DNA from: Cyanidioschyzon merolae
Taxonomy: Eukaryota
Assembly: GCA_000091205.1 (NCBI GenBank)
Contig: AP006495.2
DNA length: 64,000 nucleotides
Reading direction: 5' to 3' (one strand)
A program made the position numbers and the translations under genes. Shown in pieces: positions 33,440-45,008 of this stretch. Numbering within the stretch: position 1 is the stretch's first letter; each line of letters starts with the position of its first letter. Under the pieces are notes generated by a model. It did not search any database. It saw only the letters and a list, made by a program, of their open reading frames with translations, and was not told where the DNA came from.

Positions 33440-34650
33440 GAGCAACTACCACAATCCTTTAACGCTGGTATTCGTTACGTAGATGTCTTCGAGATGATTC
33501 GCGACGCCCTCTAACAATGGTACGTAAACTAACCGATACCATTGCTTAAATCGTAAGTACATGCCTCCACTCTTCACCTTTCCTTACATGTACGATGTTG
33601 TTATCTCGCATACTTCAGTTTTCCGATCTTTCTATTCCAAGCCAACTTGTTGGCTCAACGGTACGTCTATCTGGATTCAATGCGAAATCTATCAACGTTG
33701 TCGTTTGACAGCATTTTCACATGCTCAAGCCAAAAGTTTACTGAACGTACATATGAAGCAATATTTTCTATTCGAGAGATGAATCATCCTCTCTGTCCAG
33801 CCATTGACGAAATACCGCTCGAATGCAGCAGCATGATACCTCTTACGGGTATAACTCCAAGGGCTCCCATCTCTTCAGATTGCTTGGAAGCGTTTCGGAC
33901 CTTGACTTCACTCATTGCATAGATTCGTTTCCAGTGAAGAGTGCATCATCGCTTTGCAGTCCGGGAGCTTCGATGACCTGGTGTATCTCAAAAAATGTCC
34001 TCCATTCGGGTTTGCAATTCGGTACTCGTTTCACCATGCGCAACAATGTGTTACGCAAAATCTCCCATCGAATTTTTTTCAGATAACAAAACGATTACAT
34101 TGACCATGGATCCCAGAATTCGGAATGGATAATGGCTTTCGGGAAAGCGTCCATCATAAAGCACCCACAGTTAAGTTCCATTACTCATAATTCTTCTATG
34201 ATATACTGGTCGTTTCGAATGTTATATAGTGCACGAGTGCCTGTTTTGAGCACACGCCATAACGCTTATGCCACTGAAGCAGATGCTACACGTAGACAGA
34301 ACGGCTTTGGCATACCAGTGAGGGCGTCGGCTTGAGGCGTGGTTCATCGGACACGGAGTCGGAGTACTTAATCATCCTGGGAGCCTGCGATAGCGCGAAG
34401 CGATATACTAGGCGTCCACTGCGACCAGGGCGACGCCCAGGCGCAGAATCCTTCTCCTAGTCCCAGAATGAATTGCGGTGCGGACGAGTTGCACAGGTCT
34501 CGCCACAGCACCTGCCACTGGAGGAAACATGAAGCACTAGCCCGGCAGACTCGTCCGGCTAGCGGACCTTCCGCCTAGAAGGTAAACTTTTGAAGATACG
34601 TAAACTTCCCGCTTTTGAATGATTACTATCAAGGTCGAAAGAAACTGTTA
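33440..34650. repeat. ~1.3-kb diverged dispersed element, copy A (5' module with TCGCGACGCCCTC, 3' module with conserved GCGGACGAGTTGC...CAGACTCGTCC stem)
   Basis: Alignable by eye along its length to 48490..49800 at roughly 75-80% identity. Shared blocks: CTGGTATTC, GGGAAAGCGTCCA, TACTGGTCGTTTCGAATG/TACCGGTCGTTTCGTAGG, CTGGGAGCCTGC, GCGAAGCGATAT, CCCGGCAGACTCGTCC, CCGCCTAGRAGGTAAAC. Confidence 0.7.
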
Positions 34651-35670
34651 TCGAGTTGCTAGCTAGTGGTTAGTTTCTGTTCTTTCATCCTCCAGCGAAT
34701 GGAACAGCATGCGGTTTCGTGCACAGCGGACGATGCTCACGTCGTGGGGATTGATCAGCAGAGGACCCATAGTCGTAGTTCAAGATACTGGGAGGGAAAA
34801 CGGAGAAGGACTTCAAGGGTAGCATTATATACTTGTCAAAGACGTGTACCATGCGAAGAAGAAAGTGTTTGCGCGAATAGTGCGGCGCTCTGATGGGGAA
34901 GTGCGGTGCGAGTTGGAGAACACCTAACCATAAAAAAGTCTCACCACCGGGAGGGGCACGGCGAGGCTGTATGCAAAGAGAACGAAGATAGAGCGTGAGA
35001 GTTAAGTAAGGACACCCGCTTGTGCTTGAAATGCGGGGAACGCAACGAGAAGCAGCGAAACCAGGACGTTGATGCGACCATGTTCAACCTTTGACTGCTG
35101 AAACGGAGCTGAGGGGACAGAATAGAACTCCATGTTTTAAAGCCGGAGAACGGGGGCAGTAGAATAGGAAGCGTTTGCTAAGAAAGCCAGCAAAGTATGA
35201 GGTTGGATTACTTCGGAAAGAGGCCCCGATACATGTACGCAGCCCGTGCTACGTTCGCGTACCCGTTCCATGTTATTCCCACGCAGGTATAGATAGCGGT
35301 GTCCAAGAGGAGTCCAGCATAGCTACACTATTTGAATATTCTGATGTTGTAGCGTGCATGGTGTACAATTTACAGGACTGTTTCATCAATGGATTTCAGT
35401 CAGTCGCATACAGCTTCAGATACGCAGTTTCTGGCCGCGGATGAACAGCCGCTCGGAAGCGCTTCACAAATGAAAGCGCAGAAGTCTCAAAGGAACAGGA
35501 TAATCTTTCAACAGCCGTAACTTCCACGCGAGGGGCCGTCTTTTCACATTGGATTAGTCCTTGAATGAGGAGGGGCTTCGGAAGCGCAACCTGCTTCCGC
35601 CTTGTGCAGTGACACATGCACACACGAAGACTACACCGATTGCATCGGCCGAAAGGGAGATCTTTCCCTA

Positions 35671-38316
35671 CTACGAGAGGTCGAATCCGAAATTTTGGGT
35701 AATAGCATACTTCAGCTTCTCCCGCATGGCCTCTCGAGTCGAATATGGGGGGAGTTTGAGCAGATTCATGCACGTGGAGGCCGTGGGATACCGTGATGCG
35801 TCGTCACCAGCTTTTTGAATGCAAAACGGGGGGTTCAGATACTGAAACCCGAGCAGGGGTGCTCTTGGCGAGCTTGTCACGAATTGGAGAAGGGCTGCTC
35901 GCTCTGAGTCCGATAGATCTTCTTGCACAACTTGCCAAAACAGTTCAACCGTTCCCGAGTTCTCGGAGTATCCACCTGAGTATGTTACGTTGCTGCGCAA
36001 GTTGTCAATGTCAATCTTGCCAGAGCAATCGCCTGAGATCAACTCACGAAGCTCCCATTCATTGAACATCTGAATCCATTCTCTCTCGATGACATCGAAG
36101 AAACCGCTCATAAAGGCTGTCGTCTGTGCTTTGATCTGCCGATTCAGCCTATAGTCAGCTACGCGATGCATGTACTCCAGCCGATTGTCCCAAGTCACTG
36201 GAATGGAACTCCCTCCAGGAATCAGCTCCTTCTCAACTGCTTCCCCGAATTCATTGTCGACAACAGTAAATGTCAGACAAAGGTCTCCAAACGAGTTAGG
36301 ATCAGCATGCCGAAGAAATTTCAGATTTCGATGCAGCTCCGGATCCAGAGAACGCAAATCGTTAAGATCATTACTTATACCCAACAGTTTGCGTAAGAAG
36401 AATGATGCTATCGGGAGATCTACCAAGATCGCATCGTAGAGCGCCTTGCCCAGAATACGCCCAAGAAAAGAAAACTGTTCCAAATGATTCGACGGTGCGA
36501 TGACACTCGAGGCCGGATTAGGGAAAAGCTCCCCACCATCTGTTGCCTTAAATAGACCATAATGGGTCGGCGAGAATGCGAATCGAATCAGTTGATGCAT
36601 GAACTCTTTGAAGACACCACCTCCATCAACACCGGCCTCCTCAAGGCCGTACTCGTCCACGAATTTAACTCGAATATTCTCACGAAGTCTGGATCCCAGA
36701 GAGTTCAGTTGCGCAAAAGCATCCTCGACGATAAAGTTACGCCGTATAGTGATCCAAATCCCATTCATACCGAAGAAAGACTGACCTCCGCCGGCTCGCG
36801 CCTTTTCCTGTGCTATGCATCCGTGGAAGATGCGCACGCGCGTCTCAAAAGAGATGGAGAAGGGAGCCATTCGCAGCAGCGGCATACCGCTATTTTTCCG
36901 AACAGATTCACGCACGAACAGCTCCGGTGCCTTGCGTGCAGCCTGAACTTCCCAGAGCGACTCACGTTGTACTGTAAAGGGTCGCCTTGCATCCCTTGCC
37001 CATAGCGCTAGCAACAAGCGACTAGACGCCTGTAGAACGTCAGCCGCGGCCAAGTCCCATTTGTTCCGGCCAGTCGGGCGGGCACCTGTGCTTGTTGTGT
37101 AGAGTCTCCAAAACAGCTGTTCTTTCAACTCATTGATTATCTCCAGAACAAAGGACAGATTGGTCGCAGAGTAAAAGTCATCGTCGTCCATCACTAAGGT
37201 TGATACGCGGAAGGACTCACAGAAGAGTCGAAGCAAGGCCCCCGATGAAGAAATCATGAGCGAATGCCACATTTGACGGAGGTAGTCTCGGGAATGAGAG
37301 AATGCAAGGACAGCGCATACGCGGTGGTTCATAGCATCGTGCTTCTCCAATAGTTCCGCAAAACGCCTCCAGTTTTCCGGATCCCATTCGAGTGCGTGCA
37401 TCAAACTTTTGAGGAAAACGTCGCTCTGAGTTAGTTTTGAAGCGAGCTCGTCCAACGGACCGACCCGATCGACGACAAAGCTCAGCAAGAAAACGTGGTG
37501 TTTCGAGGATGGAAGCGACAGAGTGAGATCGCATATTCTGCGTATTGCACTCTTGCTAAGCGTAACTCCATGTTCTGCAATCAGTTTCGCTAAGCTTTCG
37601 CTGAACAAGTGCGCAGTGGCTGGCATGTCTATGTCATCACTAGTCATCACCAGTGTCGGTGCATCTATGAGGAACCTCCCGAACTCAGCGGATGGTCCAC
37701 ATATACGGCATATTTCCTTTGCAGATTCGCCAGTTGTGCGGCCTCGCATAAGCGCAAGGATGGTATTAGCGAACCGCTGCACGGCTGTAGCACAGCGTCG
37801 AGCATTTTCAAGAAGGAAGGCTTCATCGCCGAGCGCAGCAGCCGATATGAAAATATGGCCTTTTAAAGCTATCGAAACATAAGTACTGCGCACGAGTTCG
37901 CCGATAAGGCCTCGGTGTTCGTACCAGTGTAGCCGTGCCTTGTCATGCTGAGCTTTCGAAAGCTGGACAAGGAAACAGAGCGCACGCACAAATCGTACCG
38001 CCGCGTGCGTGTCGTATGGCAGCGGCCCCTCACTCTGAGCAAGATTCGCGACGCGTTCCACCAACTCCGCTTCTATTATTTTAGAAAGCCGTCTGCACTC
38101 GAAGTACTGCCGTGCCAGTGATTGGATGGCCACAGCTGACCTCTCTTGAGCGCGCTGGGCAGCCCGACGTTCACGCTCCAGACGGGCCTTTAAAAGAATG
38201 CTCTCTCTCGAGGGAGCAACGTTAGATGCGCCACGGAGCGAGATAGCGCTTCTTCCCCCTGTGTCAAACAGCTTCGAAGCAGTGGCTCTCCTCGACGAGA
38301 ACTCACTCTGCATCAT
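35671..38316 (-). CDS. HECT-type E3 ubiquitin ligase with N-terminal IQ motif (UBE3B/UBE3C, plant UPL6/7-like)
   Basis: IQ motif AVAIQSLARQYFECRRL near the N-terminus. C-terminal HECT lobe with catalytic Cys, ...RYPTASTCMNLLKLPPYSTREAMREKLKYAITQNFGFDLS. 880 aa uninterrupted. In-frame ATGs at 38316/38313 (the track ORF begins TTG at 38328). Confidence 0.9.
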   Translation of the reverse strand: MMQSEFSSRRATASKLFDTGGRSAISLRGASNVAPSRESILLKARLERERRAAQRAQERSAVAIQSLARQYFECRRLSKIIEAELVERVANLAQSEGPLPYDTHAAVRFVRALCFLVQLSKAQHDKARLHWYEHRGLIGELVRSTYVSIALKGHIFISAAALGDEAFLLENARRCATAVQRFANTILALMRGRTTGESAKEICRICGPSAEFGRFLIDAPTLVMTSDDIDMPATAHLFSESLAKLIAEHGVTLSKSAIRRICDLTLSLPSSKHHVFLLSFVVDRVGPLDELASKLTQSDVFLKSLMHALEWDPENWRRFAELLEKHDAMNHRVCAVLAFSHSRDYLRQMWHSLMISSSGALLRLFCESFRVSTLVMDDDDFYSATNLSFVLEIINELKEQLFWRLYTTSTGARPTGRNKWDLAAADVLQASSRLLLALWARDARRPFTVQRESLWEVQAARKAPELFVRESVRKNSGMPLLRMAPFSISFETRVRIFHGCIAQEKARAGGGQSFFGMNGIWITIRRNFIVEDAFAQLNSLGSRLRENIRVKFVDEYGLEEAGVDGGGVFKEFMHQLIRFAFSPTHYGLFKATDGGELFPNPASSVIAPSNHLEQFSFLGRILGKALYDAILVDLPIASFFLRKLLGISNDLNDLRSLDPELHRNLKFLRHADPNSFGDLCLTFTVVDNEFGEAVEKELIPGGSSIPVTWDNRLEYMHRVADYRLNRQIKAQTTAFMSGFFDVIEREWIQMFNEWELRELISGDCSGKIDIDNLRSNVTYSGGYSENSGTVELFWQVVQEDLSDSERAALLQFVTSSPRAPLLGFQYLNPPFCIQKAGDDASRYPTASTCMNLLKLPPYSTREAMREKLKYAITQNFGFDLS

Positions 38317-39059
38317 ACAACACAGCAAACAAAGCGTGTACGTTTACGAAAACGGTCGTTGAAATACAGAACGCAGGCAGAAAGATTGATGTCATTCGGC
38401 CGCAACGCCAGAGTTTTCCGGATCTATCTCGACACCGTAAAACTTGCAGACCTCACCGTAGGCTCCCCGAGAGCTGCATACTCGTCAGAGACAGCTCCGA
38501 GGACATGTAGACATAAGCCTGGTGTATAAGTCCACCTGCCGTAGCGCTTATTTTAAGTGATTTGAGAGCTTCACTCTCGTTTGGCAAGGCTTCGTTGACA
38601 AGTTAGCATAAACCTTTTGCTGACCACGACGTTTCAGAGCGAAAGCCCGGGCGGCTACAGGGTTGCAGCCTCTTTAGTGAATGCTTCGCTGACTTTTTGT
38701 CATAAAGCTCTTGATTTGAGCTGCTTTTCTGAGGACGCGGTTGAAGTAGGCAGCGGTTAAGCAGCAGCAGCAGCCCAGATGGGCCTTTACATCTAACTTA
38801 TGCTTCGAGCACGCTTTTTGAGTGCGTTATTCTAGCCACCAGCGGCGTTCTTCCGCAAAGTTTCCGCAAAACGAAGAAAATTTAGAGCTGCTGTTACTCG
38901 ACCAAGTGTTACCTCTCTTTTAAGCTACGATATTTGCGGCTTTCAGTGCACAGTGCACACTACATCAGTCTCAGACTGAAATGAAACACTGAACTGAACG
39001 CTCTGATCCTGCGTATCGATTTTCAGAACTTTGTTTAGGTGTCCAAACTCCATTTTCGA

Positions 39060-39450
39060 ATTGCGGCAGTAAGTGCTTTTGTATTCACATGTAGTTTCAC
39101 AGTTCTCTGTCCTATTTTCGACTTTACTCGGTCGAGTCCTTGCTGTCGAAATTTGTTAGGTCACTGGTATCAAGAAGAGTCGCGACGCCCTCGAACACCT
39201 GGTTCGTAACGCGATCAGTATAGGTATTCAATTCTCACATATAGGCCTCGACTGTTCTTCTTTCCTTCTAGCATACGTAAAAGTCTTAATCGTAATTTTT
39301 TTTCGATCCTTCTTCTCCATGTCGACTCGTGAGCTCGGCAACTCTCGCTGCTTGATTTAAAAGTAAAAGTACTTTAGACCGTCGGATTAAGATTGTTCAC
39401 AAACTCGTGCCTTACGCTCACAGAACTCGGCTTGCCAGTTGATCATTTCC
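39060..39450. repeat. partial copy (5' module) of the ~1.3-kb dispersed element
   Basis: Contains CACTGGTATCAAGAAGAGTCGCGACGCCCTCGAACACCTGGTTCGTAA and CCTCGACTGTTCTTCTTTCCTTCTAGCATACG, matching copy A at 33469..33600. A further partial copy is at about 90..300 (TCGCGACGCCCTC at 126..138). Confidence 0.55.
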
Positions 39451-41790
39451 ATTCGAAAGGAAATCTTCCGCATTCTGTGGCCATCAGTCATACGCTATTC
39501 CACAGTACCACAATAACTCGTAAACGATGTGCTCCCAGAGGCTCCCTTTTCCCCTGTTTGCAAGGAAACGGGCAATGTCTTCGGGCTTTCACCATCGTAG
39601 AGATCGCTTCCAGTAGAGTGCGTCTCCGCATTTTCACGACGCGTGCGTACATCGACGGAAATTGCTCGACTTGTTCTGAAGCTTGGTTTTCCTTCCGGTG
39701 CATGTTGCATCATTGACTGCACCGCGTTCTACAGATTCTTTGTCGAATGGAACAGAACGCACAGGTGTGTGCAGCGGGCAGAGTAGGCGCCGAAGAGATC
39801 GCCCAGAACATGCCCCACGGCCGATAGGTCCGACATTACGGCCAAATATATTGGAGTGCATTGAGTGGAGCCTTCCGAGCCCGTCACAGTCATGTTCCGA
39901 GAGATGGTGCGATCTTTCAGACGCCATATGAGGGCGCCCGGAAGGGACTGCTTGATTGGTATATTCGAACAGCTAACCACAGTCAAGCATCACAGCAGCG
40001 AAAGGCGCACCGAGATCGTATGCGAAGGAGATGGAAACAGCACGCGAGGCGTCGAACGCGACTTCCGCATGCTCATGAAATGGGCAGAAAACACCATGAA
40101 GCGCTGGACTCTGGTATTCAACTCCGCCACTAGCATCCCTGAACTGCTACCGTGGAAGCTGAAGTGACTGGAGAAACCGTATCATTTGAAGCATGAGCAA
40201 AAATAGAGGAAAAGGAAGCACTCAAAGTTAATGTCTGCAAAGTGGGCGTCGATGACGGTGGGAAGACACCCAAACTTAAGACGCACGCCCATGTTAGGGG
40301 AACGCTGCCATTCAATCCGGAAACCGGTGTAAATGATATATTCGCCGTCAATTGAAGAAGACATATCATGAATGGCGCAAAACACTCTTTAGACAGTTTT
40401 CCGGATCTTGGCGCGCAATCCGCGTTTGTGACACAGAACAATAAATCGAAATTGCGAGATTAAATTGTTCAGATAATGGCAGTGAAATTCGGATGCCTAA
40501 TTTTAATTTTGAGATAGTTGCGCTCATTATCGAATACATTTTATGTTATTCACTGAATGAAGCGCATCTTCTTGACATCAAAGTGCAATTTATGCAGCGT
40601 TTTCAAGATGACCTTGCGGCGAAGTGTGCAACAAAGGGCACAGGGCTTTTAAATCATTCAGTAGAGATTTCCTTCTACGTTCGGTTTTAAAAGCGTCGTA
40701 GTCGGTTCAGTGTAGAAATCTTCAGCTGCGCTGCATATTATCGAACAAGTCCTTTCTAAGCTTCATTACATCTTCAGATAGCATCAGAGCGATCTTTCTT
40801 ACTTACAACATCTGCGCCTCGGAACTTTTCCCGGTTGGTGACGAAACAAACAAGTGAGTTTCCGAGTTTGCCTGATATTCACTTCGGCGGGAGACGGCTC
40901 TTCATTTACTTTTGGCTGTATAGGCAGATATCGCTGTCTTGGAAGTATCCTTTCCAAGATCGTGCACCGAACACTTCGACAGCTGAAGTTCGATTCAAGA
41001 ATATCTTTGAAAGGGGTGAAACATGTATTTCCCTAGCGCACTGATCGTATTTTGCCGGACTTCCATGCCCACGCTTATACGATCCCCTTGTCAAGAGAGC
41101 GTTGATCCTGTGAAGTGGTCCGAAGAGATAGCACTTGCCGTTTTACCCACAGGCGAATTTGCTAGGAAATTTCACATCTTCGGTCCACAGAAAATATCAA
41201 ACTCGCCTAAGGCTGCTTTCACCTTTCGGGACCACCTCGCTCTATCCGAGAGATATTGCACTCAGGAGATATTGGTCGCCATAAAACGTTGCTTCGAGTA
41301 CTGAAAGTCCCGTCATCCACGCTTTTCTAATCTTTGATTGAACGACATTTTTTTCTTTCTGTCTCTTATCGAAACGCAGAAAAACTGCTGTTTACAATGG
41401 TCACCTATGCAGGTTGGAGCTTTTTGGGAGCTTCTCTCTGTCTCAATACTGAGCCCTCCACGAAAGCTCTGCGTTTCAAACGGTCCTGGAGCTGTGCGGT
41501 GCCGTGCGCGAATCGTAGGCTCAAGCCGACGCCCTCTGTGGAACGGCAACGCGGTTCTGTCTCCGTTCAGCGACCGCACCGGCGCTACGGCGCAATTGCG
41601 GTCGCTCTCGGCAGGTTCGGCACACGATAGGACGTATCAAACGACCAGAATATCCGAGAAGAAGTATAGGAAATGTAAATTGGAGGTAGGGGTTTGATGG
41701 ATACTTCACCGCGCACTGAAAAAACACACAAAAAAAGTAAGCAAAGAAAAAGCGCACAGTCGGAGAATTCTTGCCTACCTAAACATTTTG

Positions 41791-42879
41791 TCACTTTAAA
41801 AATCTGCGCGAATCGCACGGCACCTTCGCACGGTCTAAAATTGGATGTATCGACTTTCGCCAGAGTGCAGGGAATAGCAACAAAATGATCATTGTTGGAT
41901 AGCCTGCAGGGAGTTGTGGACTTTCTACTGTTGAAACGAGTAAATGATACGGCCTATCGGCATGTCGATGATGGTCCGCATGACGCTGCAATTTGAACAA
42001 GATATAATTTGTTAGGCGATGTGAGGAATTCCAACTGTGACAGTTGGAAACAGGCTCATAAATCTTCTCACCATTCGGAAGGACGTTAATGACAGCTCTC
42101 TCGAGCCCGTAATGCTCAATGTAGTTGACCATTTCAAGAAGGGTTATAGCCGTGAAACAATGGAGCAAGAAAAGGCAACATGCTCGGAGGCCGTAGAGGA
42201 AAAATATTGTCAGAAACCAAAGAACAGAGCAAGCGAAATATCTAAGTATCCGATTCTCAACGCAGAAAGTTTGAAAGCCTCGCTTCGCTAATCTCTCTCT
42301 TTCTATTTTCCAAGCGCTGCGAAAGGATCCGACGACTGTACGGGGGAAGAACGCATAGAATGATTCGCCATAGCGGGCCGTTGCGGGATCCTCTGGCGTT
42401 GCAACTCGCCTGTGGTGTCCGTAAAGATGCTCAATATAAAAATGTCCATAACACACAGAAACCAAGATTGCCTTCCCAAGCGCTACTTCAGCAGCGTTTC
42501 GTTTGTGAAAAAGTTCGTGGCTCACATTCACCCCTTGCGCAGCCAAAAGGCCCGCAGTTAGACCAAGGCCAATAAAAGATGAAACGCTCAGATCCACTCC
42601 TTCGCTTGCTAGCCTTGCTGCCCAGAAGAGAAAGGACCATTGCACGGCCGGCCATACGTACAGCACAACCCTGTACGCCAACTTATGGCGTCCACTATGT
42701 AGTTCGGCATCACACGGGTTCTCTTCGTCGAGGCCAAGAACAGCATCTAAAGCCGGTATGAGCACAAAAGCGAGGAATATCGACGCGAACGCTGTTGACC
42801 ACTTCTTGAAAATGAAACTCGTAAAAGAAACAAGGGGCACAATGTAAGCAACACTATACACTAAGGCTGTTGCTGTCAT
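41791..42879 (-). CDS. integral-membrane non-haem di-iron hydroxylase of the AlkB alkane-1-monooxygenase type (FA_desaturase superfamily)
   Basis: All four AlkB signature boxes are present: HELFHK (Hist-1), EHLYGHHRRVATPEDP (Hist-2), NYIEHYGLER (HYG motif), LQRHADHHRHADRPYH (Hist-3). Multiple N-terminal TM helices. 362 aa starting at ATG. Confidence 0.8.
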   Translation of the reverse strand: MTATALVYSVAYIVPLVSFTSFIFKKWSTAFASIFLAFVLIPALDAVLGLDEENPCDAELHSGRHKLAYRVVLYVWPAVQWSFLFWAARLASEGVDLSVSSFIGLGLTAGLLAAQGVNVSHELFHKRNAAEVALGKAILVSVCYGHFYIEHLYGHHRRVATPEDPATARYGESFYAFFPRTVVGSFRSAWKIERERLAKRGFQTFCVENRILRYFACSVLWFLTIFFLYGLRACCLFLLHCFTAITLLEMVNYIEHYGLERAVINVLPNGEKIYEPVSNCHSWNSSHRLTNYILFKLQRHADHHRHADRPYHLLVSTVESPQLPAGYPTMIILLLFPALWRKSIHPILDRAKVPCDSRRFLK

Positions 42880-43514
42880 AGGAACGTCTGCCGAAAACTA
42901 CGCTTACAGCGGCGAACGCTTCGGCGTCCGTGACGTGTACAAATCGGTTCTGACGCTTTATTTTCTTTCATCTCAATTGTATTCCACCGCAGCAGGGTAA
43001 TGCATGTTTTTTCGTGGTTTATGGCAGATGTGTTCAATGTACTTTCATTTGGAGAGAAAAAATCAAAGTGTAAGTTATGGTCACGGAAGTCGGTGATCCT
43101 GGCGGACCGCCATCACCAGCTGCCGAAATGAAAACGAAAAATCTTCTTCTTACTCGCTACACAGCGGAGAAGAGCAAGTGGGGAGGCAGAAGAAGAGGAG
43201 ATAGATAAGAAAACTGTTTGCCCCACGTGACGAAAACGAGACTGAAGTAGTGCAGAGGGTGCTATTGCTAGGAATTCGTTAGAAGGTGAGCTCCACCTTC
43301 GTCAATGGACGCAAGGAGTCCTTGAACCGAGTCTTCAACGCTTCCATAAATATGCGACAGCGCTCGGTGCTGAATACGAGACCCGCGTAGCTGGTGCGAG
43401 CCATCTTTGTGGAGGCAGCCGCTCACGGTCGAATTTTACGAGAAGAAGCTGGAACCGATAGTAGGGAGCCAGCAAAAAGGCCGGGAGGCGGCCGTGATTG
43501 GCTATTATTTTACC

Positions 43515-43826
43515 CTACGACGTTGTGACGCTCTTTCGCTCCGTGAGCACTTGCAGGAACTTCAGCCAAGAGCCGCGATTCACACAGCCCGTAGCCACCC
43601 ACAAACCCTCTCTCAGAATAGAAAAGGAATGGGTCCCCGAACTTGGGGCGTAAAGCTCAAGTTTGGGGATTTCCAATACTATTAACATCATCTTTTGCTG
43701 GCTTTTTCGGCGACTGCTCCTCTTTCCTACGCTCTCCATTGTAAGCAGTCGAACGATGTTGAGAGCAGCGTAGAGTGCATACATGGCCTTTAGCGGCTGT
43801 TGTTCACGCATTTTATGTATGAGCAA
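43515..43826 (-). pseudogene. fourth TnpB/Fanzor-like RuvC-III relic, same family as 11788..13093
   Basis: Encodes ...AMYALYAALNIVRLLTMES. The nucleotide block TTGTAAGCAGTCGAACGATGTTGAGAGCAGCGT matches 11875..11910 (TTGTAAGCAGTCGAAGGACGTTGATGGCAGCGT, which encodes RDLNAAINVLRLLT), and the flanks CTTTTTC..GACTGCT..CCTC also match. Confidence 0.55.
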
Positions 43827-45008
43827 ATTTTACGATCTACGCTTCGTGTGTCATTGTCATTTGTTTATGTAACAGGTCTGTGCGGCCTTCGCATTGGTGA
43901 CATTTGGCCGTGGTCATATTTTTCCGCATGACCATAACACCCAATCGAACGCTGAGGGCCAGCCAGTGGCACATGAACGCATGCTGCATCGCTCGGCAGA
44001 TGCCCTTGACGAGTGCAGAAGGCTCGGCTCGATGTTCTCCTCCGATTCAGCGTGCGCTGCTGTACCCTACGTCCACGGGCCTCTTGTAGGCGATCCCCTG
44101 GTACATGCTCTGTTGGCTGCGCGCGCAAACGCACGCTGTTCCACTCGTTGAGGAGTTTGTCGAACGCGAGTTTTCTAGAATGAAACATTTTCGTGAAACA
44201 AAATCCAGGCTCGAGATCAAGTCGGGAAATTTCGATTCGTCGCCTTCCGCTTCGTGCACAGAAATGACGCCCTCTCTACGAGAGGCGATTGTTGCGGCAA
44301 CTAAAGTCCGAGTCCAAGGCACTTTTCGTTGCAAAAAAAGACGGAGAGCCGATGGGAACTAATTCCTTAGGGATATTATGACGCCGGCGAACGCCAGGTC
44401 GCCGATGACTGCGAAATGAGGAGAATATGTCTTTTGGACGAAATCGACTATTTGGCGTGTTACATAGAGTGAACGTTGGGTATGGGCTTGTTAACAAGTT
44501 TTCAATCGTCGACGTCGTGTTTCTCTTGTCGGAAAGCCAGTAGCGTAAATGCTGCACCTACGAGTCGACATAAAGAAGAATGATCAAAGAACTGAAGCAT
44601 GCATAACGTGAATACGCTGTATATAAGGAATGCAGAAGACTGGAGGCTCGCACGTAAGCATTGAATAACGAAACTGGTTATTTTACGAATACCTCCTTGG
44701 GGGCGTCGGGAATTAGCATGGTGTCAGTGAAGTGACGGGTTCCACGGCAAAATTTTGGAACGGCCGCTCGGAAACGACAACCGAGAATCCTAGGCCTACC
44801 TAAGATTCTGTATACCCTTATTGCTGTGCTCTTAATGTCGAGACTGTACATCATAAAAATTCGATAAAGGAATAAGAAAAACGAACAGACCGTCCAGTCC
44901 AGTGTTCTATTTTAATTTGACACGCATGCGGCCGTCCCAAGCGCAGCGTAACCACGTTGCTAGACCTCGGGCAGTATTTTTGCACATAGTCATAACAAGA
45001 GGAACACT

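Noticed and set aside
33380-33470. GGTTTGAATCC T-loop-like motif on the minus strand (also GGTTCGAGTCC at about 61465 and GGTTCAATCC at about 54515) as possible tRNA genes
   Set aside because: The flanks do not form a 5-bp T-stem, and there is no matching acceptor or D-arm. The 54515 hit lies inside the DDE relic coding sequence. No convincing cloverleaf was found by eye anywhere in the window.
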